IMG/VR virus record: IMGVR_UViG_3300048585_000089
Location: 1 to 57,709 of that record
Direction: 5' to 3' (one strand)
From: a virus
Lineage: Duplodnaviria; Caudoviricetes
Length of the DNA: 57,709 bases
Positions 1 through 9,796 of this stretch are shown one piece after another. The translations under genes were made by a program, and so were the position numbers. The notes under the pieces are model-generated. The model was not told where the DNA came from. It searched no databases and saw only the letters and a list, made by a program, of their open reading frames with translations. How positions within the stretch are numbered: the first letter of the stretch is position 1; each line of letters opens with the position of its first letter.

Positions 1-31
1 GGTACCGTATCTTGTTCCGTTTAGGTAAAAA

Positions 32-51
32 AAAACACCCGAAGGTGTTTA
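32..51. terminator. Bidirectional intrinsic terminator between convergent amidase (across the junction) and YopX-like gene
   Basis: AAAACACC-CGAA-GGTGTTTT hairpin flanked by A/T runs; a second hairpin GAGGACCC..GGGTTCTT plus a long T run lies at ~68-110. Confidence 0.6.
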
Positions 52-108
52 TATTGGTTTTTTTTTTGAGGACCCTACTATATTATAGCTGGGTTCTTTT
101 TTTTTTTT

Positions 109-402
109 TTATTCCTTTATGTCATTTTTATGTATATTTCCATATATTTGAAAATTATTGTAGTGTTCAAGAGCATAATGTGTTCCTAACTCTATACTAA
201 CCAACTCGCATCCAGTCCCAGCAGTATTTCTTATAACTAAATATTCTTTGGGATACAAGAATACACCACGCCAAGCTTTAACAAAATCACCTTCAAAAAT
301 ATCTTTTCCATGTACATCCTTTATATTAGTACATAATTCAAAATGACCTTCTAAGGTATATACGGTTTCATGGGGACTCCATACTCTGAATTTTAAAGAC
401 AT
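109..402 (-). CDS. YopX-family phage protein
   Basis: KFRVW N-terminus, KD.HGKDIFEGDFV and IYGNIH motifs typical of YopX. Confidence 0.75.
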   Translation of the reverse strand: MSLKFRVWSPHETVYTLEGHFELCTNIKDVHGKDIFEGDFVKAWRGVFLYPKEYLVIRNTAGTGCELVSIELGTHYALEHYNNFQIYGNIHKNDIKE

Positions 403-416
403 TTATATATCCCTCC

Positions 417-3362
417 TCAACACTTTGAAAAACCACAGACTACGCATTTAATACAACCCTCTATATTAGCTATCTCCGTGCCACAATCAGGGCATTTATT
501 CTGATTTTTCGGCATAGCTAATTTAATTTGGGGCATATTAATTTTTTTAAAGTTTTGTTGAACCTCCTGCATTACTTTACCTATTACATTAGGACAAGAT
601 TTACCTTTAAGATTAGGATTCTTACCTGCTTGATATCTGAAGTTATCACAAACAACCGAATTCAATTGGTCTATTATCTCAGCTACTGGAACTCCATAGC
701 GCAAAGCAATTGAAATTAATCTAGATGTACCATCAGCAAATCCAGCACATCCGCCACCAGCACCAGTCCTAAGTAAAACTTCATAAATTGCATTAGGTAT
801 AGAGTTTATAGTTATTAGCATTTTACCACAGCCAGTAGACACTTGTTTTGTTAATCCGTTTAATTCAACAGGTCTAATTTCAGGTAATATTTCAACTACA
901 GCCGTCTCTATTTTCCTTTCTTTTCCTTTTAAAGGCTGACTTTCTCTACTACCATCACGATAAATGGTAATTCCTTTACAACCTAAATCATATGCTAATT
1001 TAAAGGCTTTTGATATTTCACCTACACTTACATCACTGTTAAAGTTAATAGTTTTGCTAACAGCATTATCTACGTTTTTTTGGAAGGCAGCTTGCATATG
1101 TACATGATCTATTGGAGATATTTCAGAGGCTTCTTTATAAATACTTACTAAATCCTCTAGACCATATACTTCACCTTTTTTACCTTCTGTTATAAAATAG
1201 TCAATAGTTTCATCCCGCAATATATTATCAGTATCTTTATGGGCAGCTCGAATATACTTCTTTACTTCTTCATTAATAAAATATAATTTACCACCATCAG
1301 CCAATTCTTTCTCATAAGATAATTTAAATATAGGTTCAATACCACTGGATACTCCAGCTATAACCGATATCGTACCAGTTGGGGCAATTGTTATGGTGCT
1401 AGCGTTCCGCATGGGTATGTGTGCTAAGCTCCAAACTGATTTCTCCCAATTAGGAAAAGGACCTCTTTTAACTGCCAATGCTGTAGAGGCCTTATGAGAT
1501 TCTTTTTGTATGAAGGACATTAAGGTAGTAGCTAATTCCAGAGCTGCTGGGCTATCATAGGGTATTTTAAGTTTGAATAGCATATCAGCCCAACCCATTA
1601 TACCTAAACCTATCTTACGATTAGCTTTAACCATATCGTCTATTTGCTTCAATGGATACTTACTCAAATCAATTATACAATCCAAAAAGTCTACGGCTAA
1701 ATGAACCGCCTCACAAAGATGTTCCATATTAATTGTGCCATCCTCATCCACCATATTAGCTAGATTTATTGAACCTAAATTACAGGCTTCATAAGGTAGC
1801 AAAGGTTGTTCGCCACAATTATGTATTAACACATGATTAGCAAAAAAGTTATGGCAATCTTCTACTTCCATATCATATACATCTTCGGTGTAATCTAATT
1901 CAGTTACAGATAATAAACGCATATTTACACCCACTGGATGTACATCTAATCTATTTTTCCAGTCTTTAGGTTCTTTTACTTTGGGTAACCACCTGCCCGT
2001 CGCAGGGCAATGATCTGCCCAATTTACATGGCCTATGTTTGTAGCGCTTGAGTGTTCTCCGTGCTCCATTATCTCCAAGTTACTAAAGGCGTTATTTTTA
2101 GGGTCATTATCTAAGTGATGTACATCTTTATCCTGCAGATCACCAAAATAATGTTTAGCAATAAAAACATGTTCAGCAGATACGCTTGCTGAAGTGCCAG
2201 TTAAATAACTCTTTACATATTTTTGGTTTTTTGGTGCCTTATTTAAAGCCACCATCCTATCTGTCTTTTGTAAATTCTGTGCTTCTATATAACCTCTATT
2301 GCGTGTATAAAATTTATGCTCAGGTGTACAAATAACATCACCCTTAGTTGTAGATACCTTAACCAGTTTAGCATCTCTTTTAGTCTTTCTAATGTTTTTT
2401 GCTTTACGTATAGTTAACTTATAATTTTCATCTACGCAGAATACATCAATTTCTGTGCCTACTAATTCTTCTATAGGTATCATGCCTTCTACAGTTTTAA
2501 TCAGAGTATCACCTACTACGCAGGGATTGGTAGCTTCAATTTCACCTAAGACAGGTATTGGATTATCTTTATTTATAATGTCTAGAAAGATTAAACCTGG
2601 TTCGCCTGTATTCCAAGCTCTTTGCACTATTTTATCCCATATCATCTTAGGATTAACTTTTGAATATATAGAACCCTGAAATTTTAAGGCAAAAGGTTTA
2701 TTATCTTCAAGACACTTCATAAATTCATATGTAATTCCTACAGACACATTGAAATTAGTTAATTCCTTTAAGTCTTGTTTAAGTTCAATAAATTCTAGAA
2801 TATCAGGATGGTCTACTCTAAGAATACCCATATTAGCGCCTCTTCTAGCTCCCCCTTGTTTAACAGCCTCAGTTGCGGCATTAAATACTCTCATAAAACT
2901 TATAGGTCCGCTAGCTTCACCTATTGTGCTACTTACAAGATCCCCTTTAGGTCTTAATTTAGAGAAGTTAAAGCCAGTCCCTCCACCCGTCTTTTGAATT
3001 ATGGCCATGTCTTTAATTGCTTGGAATATACCATCCATTGAATCTTCTACAGGTATAACAAAGCAAGCCGCTAATTGACCTAGGGTTCTTCCGGCATTCA
3101 TAATTGTGGGTGAGTTAGGTAAGAAATCTAATGAAGCCATTAAATTATAAAACTGATAGCATTTATTACCTGTTACTTGAGCGATATCATGCGTACTTCC
3201 CTTTATATAATCTTTGGCAACTTGTGATACTGCATTAGATATCCTATAAAACATTTGTTCTGGAGTCTCTCCACGCAAATACTTCTTCTCTAATACTTTT
3301 ATGGCATTTTCAGATAAAATTGGCGTACATAATTCATTTTCTGAATAATATTTCGAAAACAT
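417..3362 (-). CDS. nrdJ: Class II (adenosylcobalamin-dependent) ribonucleotide reductase with intein, C-terminal TSCPD-like domain and Zn ribbon
   Basis: PNSPTIMNAG, QLAACFV, QGGARRGANM, TNPC/GEQPL..EACNLGS, TIAPTGT motifs; C-terminal CPDCG..EGCIKC..CGFSKC; no nrdB-like gene in the window. Confidence 0.93.
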   Translation of the reverse strand: MFSKYYSENELCTPILSENAIKVLEKKYLRGETPEQMFYRISNAVSQVAKDYIKGSTHDIAQVTGNKCYQFYNLMASLDFLPNSPTIMNAGRTLGQLAACFVIPVEDSMDGIFQAIKDMAIIQKTGGGTGFNFSKLRPKGDLVSSTIGEASGPISFMRVFNAATEAVKQGGARRGANMGILRVDHPDILEFIELKQDLKELTNFNVSVGITYEFMKCLEDNKPFALKFQGSIYSKVNPKMIWDKIVQRAWNTGEPGLIFLDIINKDNPIPVLGEIEATNPCVVGDTLIKTVEGMIPIEELVGTEIDVFCVDENYKLTIRKAKNIRKTKRDAKLVKVSTTKGDVICTPEHKFYTRNRGYIEAQNLQKTDRMVALNKAPKNQKYVKSYLTGTSASVSAEHVFIAKHYFGDLQDKDVHHLDNDPKNNAFSNLEIMEHGEHSSATNIGHVNWADHCPATGRWLPKVKEPKDWKNRLDVHPVGVNMRLLSVTELDYTEDVYDMEVEDCHNFFANHVLIHNCGEQPLLPYEACNLGSINLANMVDEDGTINMEHLCEAVHLAVDFLDCIIDLSKYPLKQIDDMVKANRKIGLGIMGWADMLFKLKIPYDSPAALELATTLMSFIQKESHKASTALAVKRGPFPNWEKSVWSLAHIPMRNASTITIAPTGTISVIAGVSSGIEPIFKLSYEKELADGGKLYFINEEVKKYIRAAHKDTDNILRDETIDYFITEGKKGEVYGLEDLVSIYKEASEISPIDHVHMQAAFQKNVDNAVSKTINFNSDVSVGEISKAFKLAYDLGCKGITIYRDGSRESQPLKGKERKIETAVVEILPEIRPVELNGLTKQVSTGCGKMLITINSIPNAIYEVLLRTGAGGGCAGFADGTSRLISIALRYGVPVAEIIDQLNSVVCDNFRYQAGKNPNLKGKSCPNVIGKVMQEVQQNFKKINMPQIKLAMPKNQNKCPDCGTEIANIEGCIKCVVCGFSKC
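1818..2522 (-). mobile_element. 235-aa intein in nrdJ with HNH homing endonuclease domain
   Basis: Inserted at NP|CGE: starts CVVGDT, block B CTPEHKF, block F/G VYDMEVEDCHNFFANHVLIHN followed by Cys; internal VHHLDNDPKNNAFSNL (HNH). Confidence 0.92.
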
Positions 3363-3388
3363 ACATATTCCTCCTGTCAGTATAAGTG

Positions 3389-5827
3389 CTATAATAGTAT
3401 TTTTATAAGTTCATCTTCTTTTTCTGGATCTACTGCTGCTTTAGTCTTCCAATCGAATTCAATTAGTTCTCCCCAATTTAGACCTACTTCAAAATCAGTT
3501 GTGAATGGTATAGGACAGTCAAATAATTCAATAGGTTTATTAATCATAATAGATTCACAATATTTATTCACAGATGCTATTGTATCTCTATCTTTAGGTA
3601 TCTCTAATAGTAATGAGTCATGTACAAGATTAATTATTTTAGTATCATACAAATTAAGTAAGGTATCTTCAGCTTCCATAGCGCAAACTAATAATAAATC
3701 AGAAGAGGATGATTGGATAGGAAAGTTTCTAGCTTCATTCTCTAAAGAATGTATTGATTCAGGAGTAACTAATCCAAATCTACGCCTACGCTTAAAAGGT
3801 GTTTCAAGATATTTACCCTCTCTAACTTGAGACGCACACCAATTAAGATATTCCTTCGCTCCATAATACTTATCTAACCACCCAGCAATCATTGCTTCTG
3901 CTTCGGTTTTACTTATTTGAAACTCATCGACAAATGATTGAGCTTCTCTCCCGTATGGAATACCAAAGTTAACAGCCTTAGCACGCATCTTCTCTTGTTT
4001 TGTATAATTTACTCCATATAAAGCTATAGCTGTTTCGTCGTGCAGATTTCGTCCTGAACGGAAGACATCCATAAGGACAGGGCATTTGCTAAGAAAGGCA
4101 AGCCACCGTAACTCAGCGCCCGAATAATCAATCTCAGCCAAAACATATCCGGGTCTAGATATGAATGCTTTTCGTACATTTCCAATACCATGGGCACTTG
4201 GCTGGTTTTGAACATTGGGCTCTTTAGAGCTAAGTCTTCCAGTTGCTGCGACATGTAAGTTAAACGTCGTTCTAACTCTTCCATCTTTATCTCTAGCATT
4301 TAATAAACCCTCCACATATGTTGCTTTTTCTTTTTGCACTGTTCTGTAGTTTAAAACCTCTACTATAAGCTTGGGTTTTGGTTCAATAGAATTAAGAATA
4401 ATTTTATCTGTACTACGTGCTTTTCTAATTCTAGGCTTTAATTTTAATCGGTCAAAAACCATCCAAGCCATCTGTTGTGAAGAACCTGGATTAAAAAACA
4501 ATGGTTTTGATTTTGCTCCAGTATCAAGTACATATTGTTCTACATCCCAAATAGGATCGGATAATTCAGCAATATGCATTTTTATTTTATCTAATTCTAT
4601 GGCATATTTAATATTTAAATCTTCTAAGAAATCAGCATCAACTAAAATACCGTTCTGTTCAACTCTGGATAAAAAATTGGAAGCAGGGATGAGAAGTTCC
4701 TCATATAGGCTCCTCAATCGCGGATCCTTATCAAGTGCAGCTGCGAAAACACTCTCCAACTGGTACGTATAGGTGCAGTCGACTGCAACACGCTCACATA
4801 GAGCGTCAAAGAAAGACTCATAGGATTCTAGTGTAACTGCTTTCCAATTCTGATTCATCTTATATTTATATTCAGCCGCCTGTAGGAAGGTTTTGGATAA
4901 ATATCCTAAATTATGTTCAGAGGTTTCATCTAAAGCATAATGCATATAGATTGTATCTCCATCAATGTTTGCTTCTCCAAGTTCTCTAGCCCAAGTAATT
5001 TTTTTATCATACTTGCCATGATGATATATACATTTCCACGGTACATTATCTATAAAGTTATGATAAAGCTTTCTTTGACTTCGTGGAATAACAAACACTT
5101 TATCTTTTTCATAACATATTCCAGCAACTAAAAACTCAGCTTCTCTATAATCAAGAGATGTAGTTTCTATATCTATAGCTACTTTAGATGGTTTTAGTTC
5201 TTTTAGCATTTTCCAGGCATCCTGCATTTTTTCTGGTGTATCTAATATTTTAAATTCTAAATTACTTTCTTCTTTTTTATCCCTACCAAAGAACACAGAA
5301 GCAGCATATTGTAGTTGTAATAAGAAGGGTTTATAATCTCTCGGTGATCTTAAAATTAGACTAGGATTTATTATAGGAATAACTATTGCTTCACCACAAA
5401 AGGGGTATTTTTTAGCTACCCCATACTCTTGTGTTATTTTAATTGTTGTATTCCCTAATAAAGTTTGTAATGCTGTACTACCACAAACTAAAATTAATTT
5501 AGGTGAAACTAGCGCAATCTCATTTAATAATCTATTACGGCAGTTAAGTATAGCTTCTTTTGGAATTTTCTTTCCCTTTTGTTTAGGAATGGCGCATGCT
5601 ATAGCTGTAGTATAAAATACTTCTTTATCCTTATTATCTAAACCCACCTTTTCTAAAGTCTGCTTCAATACACCAGCTCCTGGACCAGTCATTACCTTAT
5701 TATTCTTAGCTTCAAGAGCTGTAGGTACATCACCTATAACCATTATGTCTCTTTTCTCATATACAATAGATCCACTTCTTATACGTGGAAATCCGACACA
5801 AACACAATTATCGCATTTATTACACAT
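3389..5827 (-). CDS. polA: Family A DNA polymerase with N-terminal uracil-DNA-glycosylase-like (SPO1-type) domain and 3'-5' exonuclease
   Basis: DIETTSL exo motif; TGRLSS..PNVQN, DYSGAELR, RAKAVNFG..YG, VHDS polymerase motifs; start placed at MCNKC (5827) after GGAGG. Confidence 0.93.
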   Translation of the reverse strand: MCNKCDNCVCVGFPRIRSGSIVYEKRDIMVIGDVPTALEAKNNKVMTGPGAGVLKQTLEKVGLDNKDKEVFYTTAIACAIPKQKGKKIPKEAILNCRNRLLNEIALVSPKLILVCGSTALQTLLGNTTIKITQEYGVAKKYPFCGEAIVIPIINPSLILRSPRDYKPFLLQLQYAASVFFGRDKKEESNLEFKILDTPEKMQDAWKMLKELKPSKVAIDIETTSLDYREAEFLVAGICYEKDKVFVIPRSQRKLYHNFIDNVPWKCIYHHGKYDKKITWARELGEANIDGDTIYMHYALDETSEHNLGYLSKTFLQAAEYKYKMNQNWKAVTLESYESFFDALCERVAVDCTYTYQLESVFAAALDKDPRLRSLYEELLIPASNFLSRVEQNGILVDADFLEDLNIKYAIELDKIKMHIAELSDPIWDVEQYVLDTGAKSKPLFFNPGSSQQMAWMVFDRLKLKPRIRKARSTDKIILNSIEPKPKLIVEVLNYRTVQKEKATYVEGLLNARDKDGRVRTTFNLHVAATGRLSSKEPNVQNQPSAHGIGNVRKAFISRPGYVLAEIDYSGAELRWLAFLSKCPVLMDVFRSGRNLHDETAIALYGVNYTKQEKMRAKAVNFGIPYGREAQSFVDEFQISKTEAEAMIAGWLDKYYGAKEYLNWCASQVREGKYLETPFKRRRRFGLVTPESIHSLENEARNFPIQSSSSDLLLVCAMEAEDTLLNLYDTKIINLVHDSLLLEIPKDRDTIASVNKYCESIMINKPIELFDCPIPFTTDFEVGLNWGELIEFDWKTKAAVDPEKEDELIKILL

Positions 5828-6611
5828 CAATAGACCTCCAGTTATCAATATTTGTAGAGTCTTGCCAATTAGCAATATTCTTCTTGAGCAATTTGAGATC
5901 TATATTAGTTTCGTTAAATGAGAAGGGTATTTTAGGTCTATCATCCTCATCTATAGATAAACCTGCTTTAGTAAAAACATAAGGTAAAGCACTATCTATA
6001 CCTCTTACTTCTGGTATATATTGATCACGCATAGCTAAAGCCATCAGGCGTACTTCCATAGGGCTTTTCTGACATCCCAATAAGTGTATATCTAGGCCTC
6101 TTAGTTTTTTACCTAAAGTGTGTAAAACATCTATTCGAATATCTCTAGAGCCTAATAGACTTAGGGATTTGGGTATACCTATACAATCGATATCCCATCC
6201 CAACATAATCTCAGCACAGTCTAACCATTCTTCTCTGGTTTTACCTTGAGGTACTGCCATTATTTTAAATGGAAAATTATTTCTTACCCATTTTAAGGCT
6301 TCCTCTCCAGCATCTAAAGTCCTTTCTGAATCCATTATAACATCTGGTAAAATTATTTCATCAGCACTAACAGACATAGCTTTTTTAACTAGTTCTACAA
6401 TATCCGTGGCTTTATTTTGTTCTATTACACCATTATCTAAAATCAAATATTTAGTAGAAATTAAACCCATCTGACGATAAAACTTTGTATATTTATTTTG
6501 TTTTTCTATAGGTTTATCAAGATTATCTATTAAATGAGCTAAGCACATGTGATAATCATCTTTTGCTATTAAACCTAAAAATGCTGTCGGTAATATTGTA
6601 GCTACTTTCAT
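5820..6611 (-). CDS. dpdA: DpdA-like DNA guanine transglycosylase (TGT fold, 7-deazaguanine insertion)
   Basis: TGT-like motifs ILDNG, LPDV, AVPQG, IHLLG, GIDS; adjacent to preQ0 synthesis genes and DNA polymerase. Confidence 0.75.
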   Translation of the reverse strand: MKVATILPTAFLGLIAKDDYHMCLAHLIDNLDKPIEKQNKYTKFYRQMGLISTKYLILDNGVIEQNKATDIVELVKKAMSVSADEIILPDVIMDSERTLDAGEEALKWVRNNFPFKIMAVPQGKTREEWLDCAEIMLGWDIDCIGIPKSLSLLGSRDIRIDVLHTLGKKLRGLDIHLLGCQKSPMEVRLMALAMRDQYIPEVRGIDSALPYVFTKAGLSIDEDDRPKIPFSFNETNIDLKLLKKNIANWQDSTNIDNWRSIDV

Positions 6612-6624
6612 ATAGTATTTCTCC

Positions 6625-7044
6625 TTATAAAGTATTATTGGATATTAAAAAAGATATACCAGCGTTTTTTATTAATTTAATACACATGAGGCATGGTATT
6701 GCATTTAATTCTTTTTTCTTTTCTAGGTCGTAACCGTAAAGATACAGCGTAGCTCCCTGTAGTTCCTCTTTGGATGCATTAATAATTGCATTAGCTTCAG
6801 CATGTACTGATTTGCATAATTCATAATTACTTCCGCTAGGTATATTAAGCTTTTGTCTGTCACAACAACTAACATCACAGCAATTAACTTCTCCTCTAGG
6901 AGAGCCATTATATCCCGTGGCTACTATTTTATCCTCTTGTACGATGACAGCACCATATTTTTTTCTTCTGCAAGTACTCCTTGCACTAACTGCTTTAGCC
7001 ACACCCAAATAATATTCTGACTTTGATATACGCATATTAATCAT
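6625..7044 (-). CDS. dCMP deaminase (ComEB-like)
   Basis: RSTC, TGYNG, HAEANAI and PCLMC zinc motifs. Confidence 0.9.
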   Translation of the reverse strand: MINMRISKSEYYLGVAKAVSARSTCRRKKYGAVIVQEDKIVATGYNGSPRGEVNCCDVSCCDRQKLNIPSGSNYELCKSVHAEANAIINASKEELQGATLYLYGYDLEKKKELNAIPCLMCIKLIKNAGISFLISNNTL

Positions 7045-7111
7045 CTCCTAAATAAGAGTAGAATGGGCCTGTAATTAAATTACAGACCTATTCGTACCAG
7101 GGTGTTTTATA

Positions 7112-7798
7112 CTAATAACTTAAAGGATCTTCCGCGCCATTAGACCTAAATGCGGCAATTCTATCTATACATGTTCCGCAGGTACCACAAGGTTTATCTT
7201 TACCCACATAACAACTCCAAGTATGTTCAAATGGAACTTTATACTGCATACCCATCTCGATTACCTCAGATTTATTCATTTGGATAAGAGGGGCTTCAAG
7301 AGCTACCTCCCATCCTGATCCCTCCCAGATAGCAACTCTTATCGAGTTAACAAAGGTTTCAGTGCAGTCTGGATAAGCTCCGCCTACTGCATCATCAGCA
7401 TGAGCTCCATAATATATTTTAGAACATTTTAATTGGATTGCTACAGCAGCTGCATAGGAAAGGAATAAACCATTTCTGTATGGAACATATGTTTTTACTA
7501 CTCCGGAGCCACCCATATCCTCTAATTGCTTTGCATAACTCTCTTTAGGCATTTCAGTTGTACTGCCTTCCAGTAAGGCGCTGGATTTATCAAATTTAAA
7601 TACAGAAGAGAGATCTTCTTCAATTAACTGCACTCCCCAATGCTTTGTTTGTAATCTAGCGCATTCCCTTTCTTTGTTATGTTTTTGCCCATAGACTAAA
7701 TTCAATGCAATTACATTATCAGCTTTATACATGCTAACCGCTATAGCCAATACCGTTGAACTGTCTATTCCACCACTTAATAATACTAAAGCTTTCAT
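7112..7798 (-). CDS. queC: 7-cyano-7-deazaguanine (preQ0) synthase
   Basis: LSGGIDS, YGQKH, TYVPYRN, YPDC, TWSCY..CGTCGTC..R. Confidence 0.95.
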   Translation of the reverse strand: MKALVLLSGGIDSSTVLAIAVSMYKADNVIALNLVYGQKHNKERECARLQTKHWGVQLIEEDLSSVFKFDKSSALLEGSTTEMPKESYAKQLEDMGGSGVVKTYVPYRNGLFLSYAAAVAIQLKCSKIYYGAHADDAVGGAYPDCTETFVNSIRVAIWEGSGWEVALEAPLIQMNKSEVIEMGMQYKVPFEHTWSCYVGKDKPCGTCGTCIDRIAAFRSNGAEDPLSY

Positions 7799-8508
7799 GT
7801 TATGTCTTCCCCCTTATTATTACTCCTGTTAACATTCTTTCTAGATTTTTTTTCTCTTTTTTCTTGTACCTTAATCTCTTTATCTAAGTACCAAGCAGCT
7901 TTCTTTAAATCCTCTAAACCATTTTTACCTGAATAGCGGCTCGTGTATTTAACAACATTACCTAAATTGAAATTTAGATTTTGGTCTATTATGAAATCAA
8001 TTGGTTCTATTAAGCCGGTCCTATAATAATTAGGATTAAACTTATCTTCTTTAATTAGTTCCTCTTTAATTAGTTCTTCTTTAATCGGATCTTCAATATT
8101 TATTTCCTGACATAGCATTTTATATTCATTTGTCTCTTCAAAAGCTTTTTCCTTAGTGTGACGCATAGTACTATCTTTATCAGTATATTTTTGTTCATAT
8201 CTGTGCCTTAATTTGTATACATTCAAAAGCATTACATTATCCATTTGGATATTCAAGCTTGATGCTATAGCAGTAAGATACCAAAATACATCTCCTAACT
8301 CTTTAGTCATTTTCATTCTATCGAGTTTTTCACCATGAAATATATGATGTTTCAATAATTCTACCACTTCTCCAACCTCGCCTGCCATGCCTAAACCCCA
8401 ATCCAGTAATTCTGCTTGTTCTGGATACAGCATCTCATGCTTTTTGAAGGTTCTTTTTGTTTCTTGTTGATACATTTTTAACACACTATTATCATCTCGC
8501 ATTATCAT
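7795..8508 (-). CDS. MazG-like nucleotide pyrophosphohydrolase fused to DUF3310-like domain
   Basis: LGMAGEVGEVVE..K..ELGDVFWY (MazG); C-terminal NPNYY..IEPIDFI..GNVVKY..R..KNGLEDLKKAAWYL (DUF3310). Confidence 0.85.
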   Translation of the reverse strand: MIMRDDNSVLKMYQQETKRTFKKHEMLYPEQAELLDWGLGMAGEVGEVVELLKHHIFHGEKLDRMKMTKELGDVFWYLTAIASSLNIQMDNVMLLNVYKLRHRYEQKYTDKDSTMRHTKEKAFEETNEYKMLCQEINIEDPIKEELIKEELIKEDKFNPNYYRTGLIEPIDFIIDQNLNFNLGNVVKYTSRYSGKNGLEDLKKAAWYLDKEIKVQEKREKKSRKNVNRSNNKGEDIT

Positions 8509-8523
8509 CCTCCTATCTAATAG

Positions 8524-9162
8524 TTATTTACGTAAACTAAGAAATTCTATTCTAGCATCGTTATTAGGTTCTAAAAAGGCACCTCTCATACCTGAAGTAA
8601 CTGTTATAGCACCAGACTTTTGTACACCTCGCATTGTCATACATAAATGTTCTGCCTCTATAATTACAGCTACCCCTCTAGGTTGCAATACTTCATCAAG
8701 AGTATCAGCAATCTGAGAAGTCATTCTTTCTTGTATCTGAAAGCGCTTACCGAAACAATCTACAAGACGAGCTATTTTACTAATACCAACGACTTTTCCT
8801 CGCGGAATATAAGCTACATCTACTTTTCCAAAGAAGGTCACCATATGGTGCTCACAATGACTATAAAAGGGAATATCGCGCACAATAACCATTTCCTGGT
8901 GCGCCTCATCTTGAAAAGTTGTTTCAAGTAATGATTTAGGGTCGATTTGATAACCGGCGAATATTTCCTCATACATACCAGCAACTCTAGCCGGAGTATC
9001 AAGTAATCCTTCACGTTTAATATTTTCTCCTACACTTTCAAGTAATAATTGTGTAGCCAAATATCTTTTAGTATGTGCATTCAGACTTACTTCATCTACT
9101 CTTTCTAATACACTATCTAAGGATTGCTTATCTTGCTCATTTAAGATTATTTTGCTCATCAA
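8524..9162 (-). CDS. folE: GTP cyclohydrolase I
   Basis: [43 protein letters not shown]. Confidence 0.96.
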   Translation of the reverse strand: MMSKIILNEQDKQSLDSVLERVDEVSLNAHTKRYLATQLLLESVGENIKREGLLDTPARVAGMYEEIFAGYQIDPKSLLETTFQDEAHQEMVIVRDIPFYSHCEHHMVTFFGKVDVAYIPRGKVVGISKIARLVDCFGKRFQIQERMTSQIADTLDEVLQPRGVAVIIEAEHLCMTMRGVQKSGAITVTSGMRGAFLEPNNDARIEFLSLRK

Positions 9163-9171
9163 ATAACACTC

Positions 9172-9795
9172 CTATCTTATTTCAAATATTTTATGCATTT
9201 GTATACCTAAACGTAAATTATAATCAGGATATTTCATACACCAACTAAAAGCTTTTTTTGCTGTTTGTTGCATATTATATCCTTCGGGTTGCAACCAGCA
9301 TATAACATTAGACATCTCTTCTAGTTCTAGCCATGGAAGAATATGTTTTTGAAATTTTAATTCTTTTGACACAACAAACTTTAATTCAGATATCTTACAC
9401 TTAGTATGTATACCATAATTATTTTGAGGCTTTGGCGATACAGTAACCCAATTAGCTGATATAGGTGACTCTAAAGTGCCATTAGTTTCTATACAAACAT
9501 AATGTCCTTCTTGTTGTAGCATTCTAACTAGTGTATCAAGTCTCGGGTGTATACAAGGTTCGCCTCCTGTAATAACAACTTTTTCTATCCCGTGGCATTC
9601 TTGTACTATTGTATAGAAATTTTTTATTCTATAATTTGTATTATTATTATTCCATGATAGTTTCGTATCGCACCAAAGGCAGCTTAAATTACAACCGTGT
9701 AGTCTAATAAAAGTAGCTGGACTACCTAAATAAAAACCTTCACCTTGGATACTTTGAAATATTTCTATAACAGGAAGTTCTAGAGATTCACTCAA
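9172..9795 (-). CDS. queE: 7-carboxy-7-deazaguanine synthase (radical SAM)
   Basis: EIFQSIQGEG, GCNLSCLWCDT, TGGEP, IETNG, SPK, QMHK; TTG start at 9795 chosen from AAGGAGGT RBS. Confidence 0.94.
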   Translation of the reverse strand: MSESLELPVIEIFQSIQGEGFYLGSPATFIRLHGCNLSCLWCDTKLSWNNNNTNYRIKNFYTIVQECHGIEKVVITGGEPCIHPRLDTLVRMLQQEGHYVCIETNGTLESPISANWVTVSPKPQNNYGIHTKCKISELKFVVSKELKFQKHILPWLELEEMSNVICWLQPEGYNMQQTAKKAFSWCMKYPDYNLRLGIQMHKIFEIR

Positions 9796-9796
9796 A

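Noticed and set aside
12-200. 62-aa ORF at window start
   Set aside because: Runs through terminator hairpins and poly-T, overlaps the YopX-like gene antisense, no RBS
3389-8508. SPO1-like hydroxymethyluracil DNA
   Set aside because: dCMP deaminase and UDG-domain polymerase are present but no thymidylate-synthase-like dUMP hydroxymethylase was recognised
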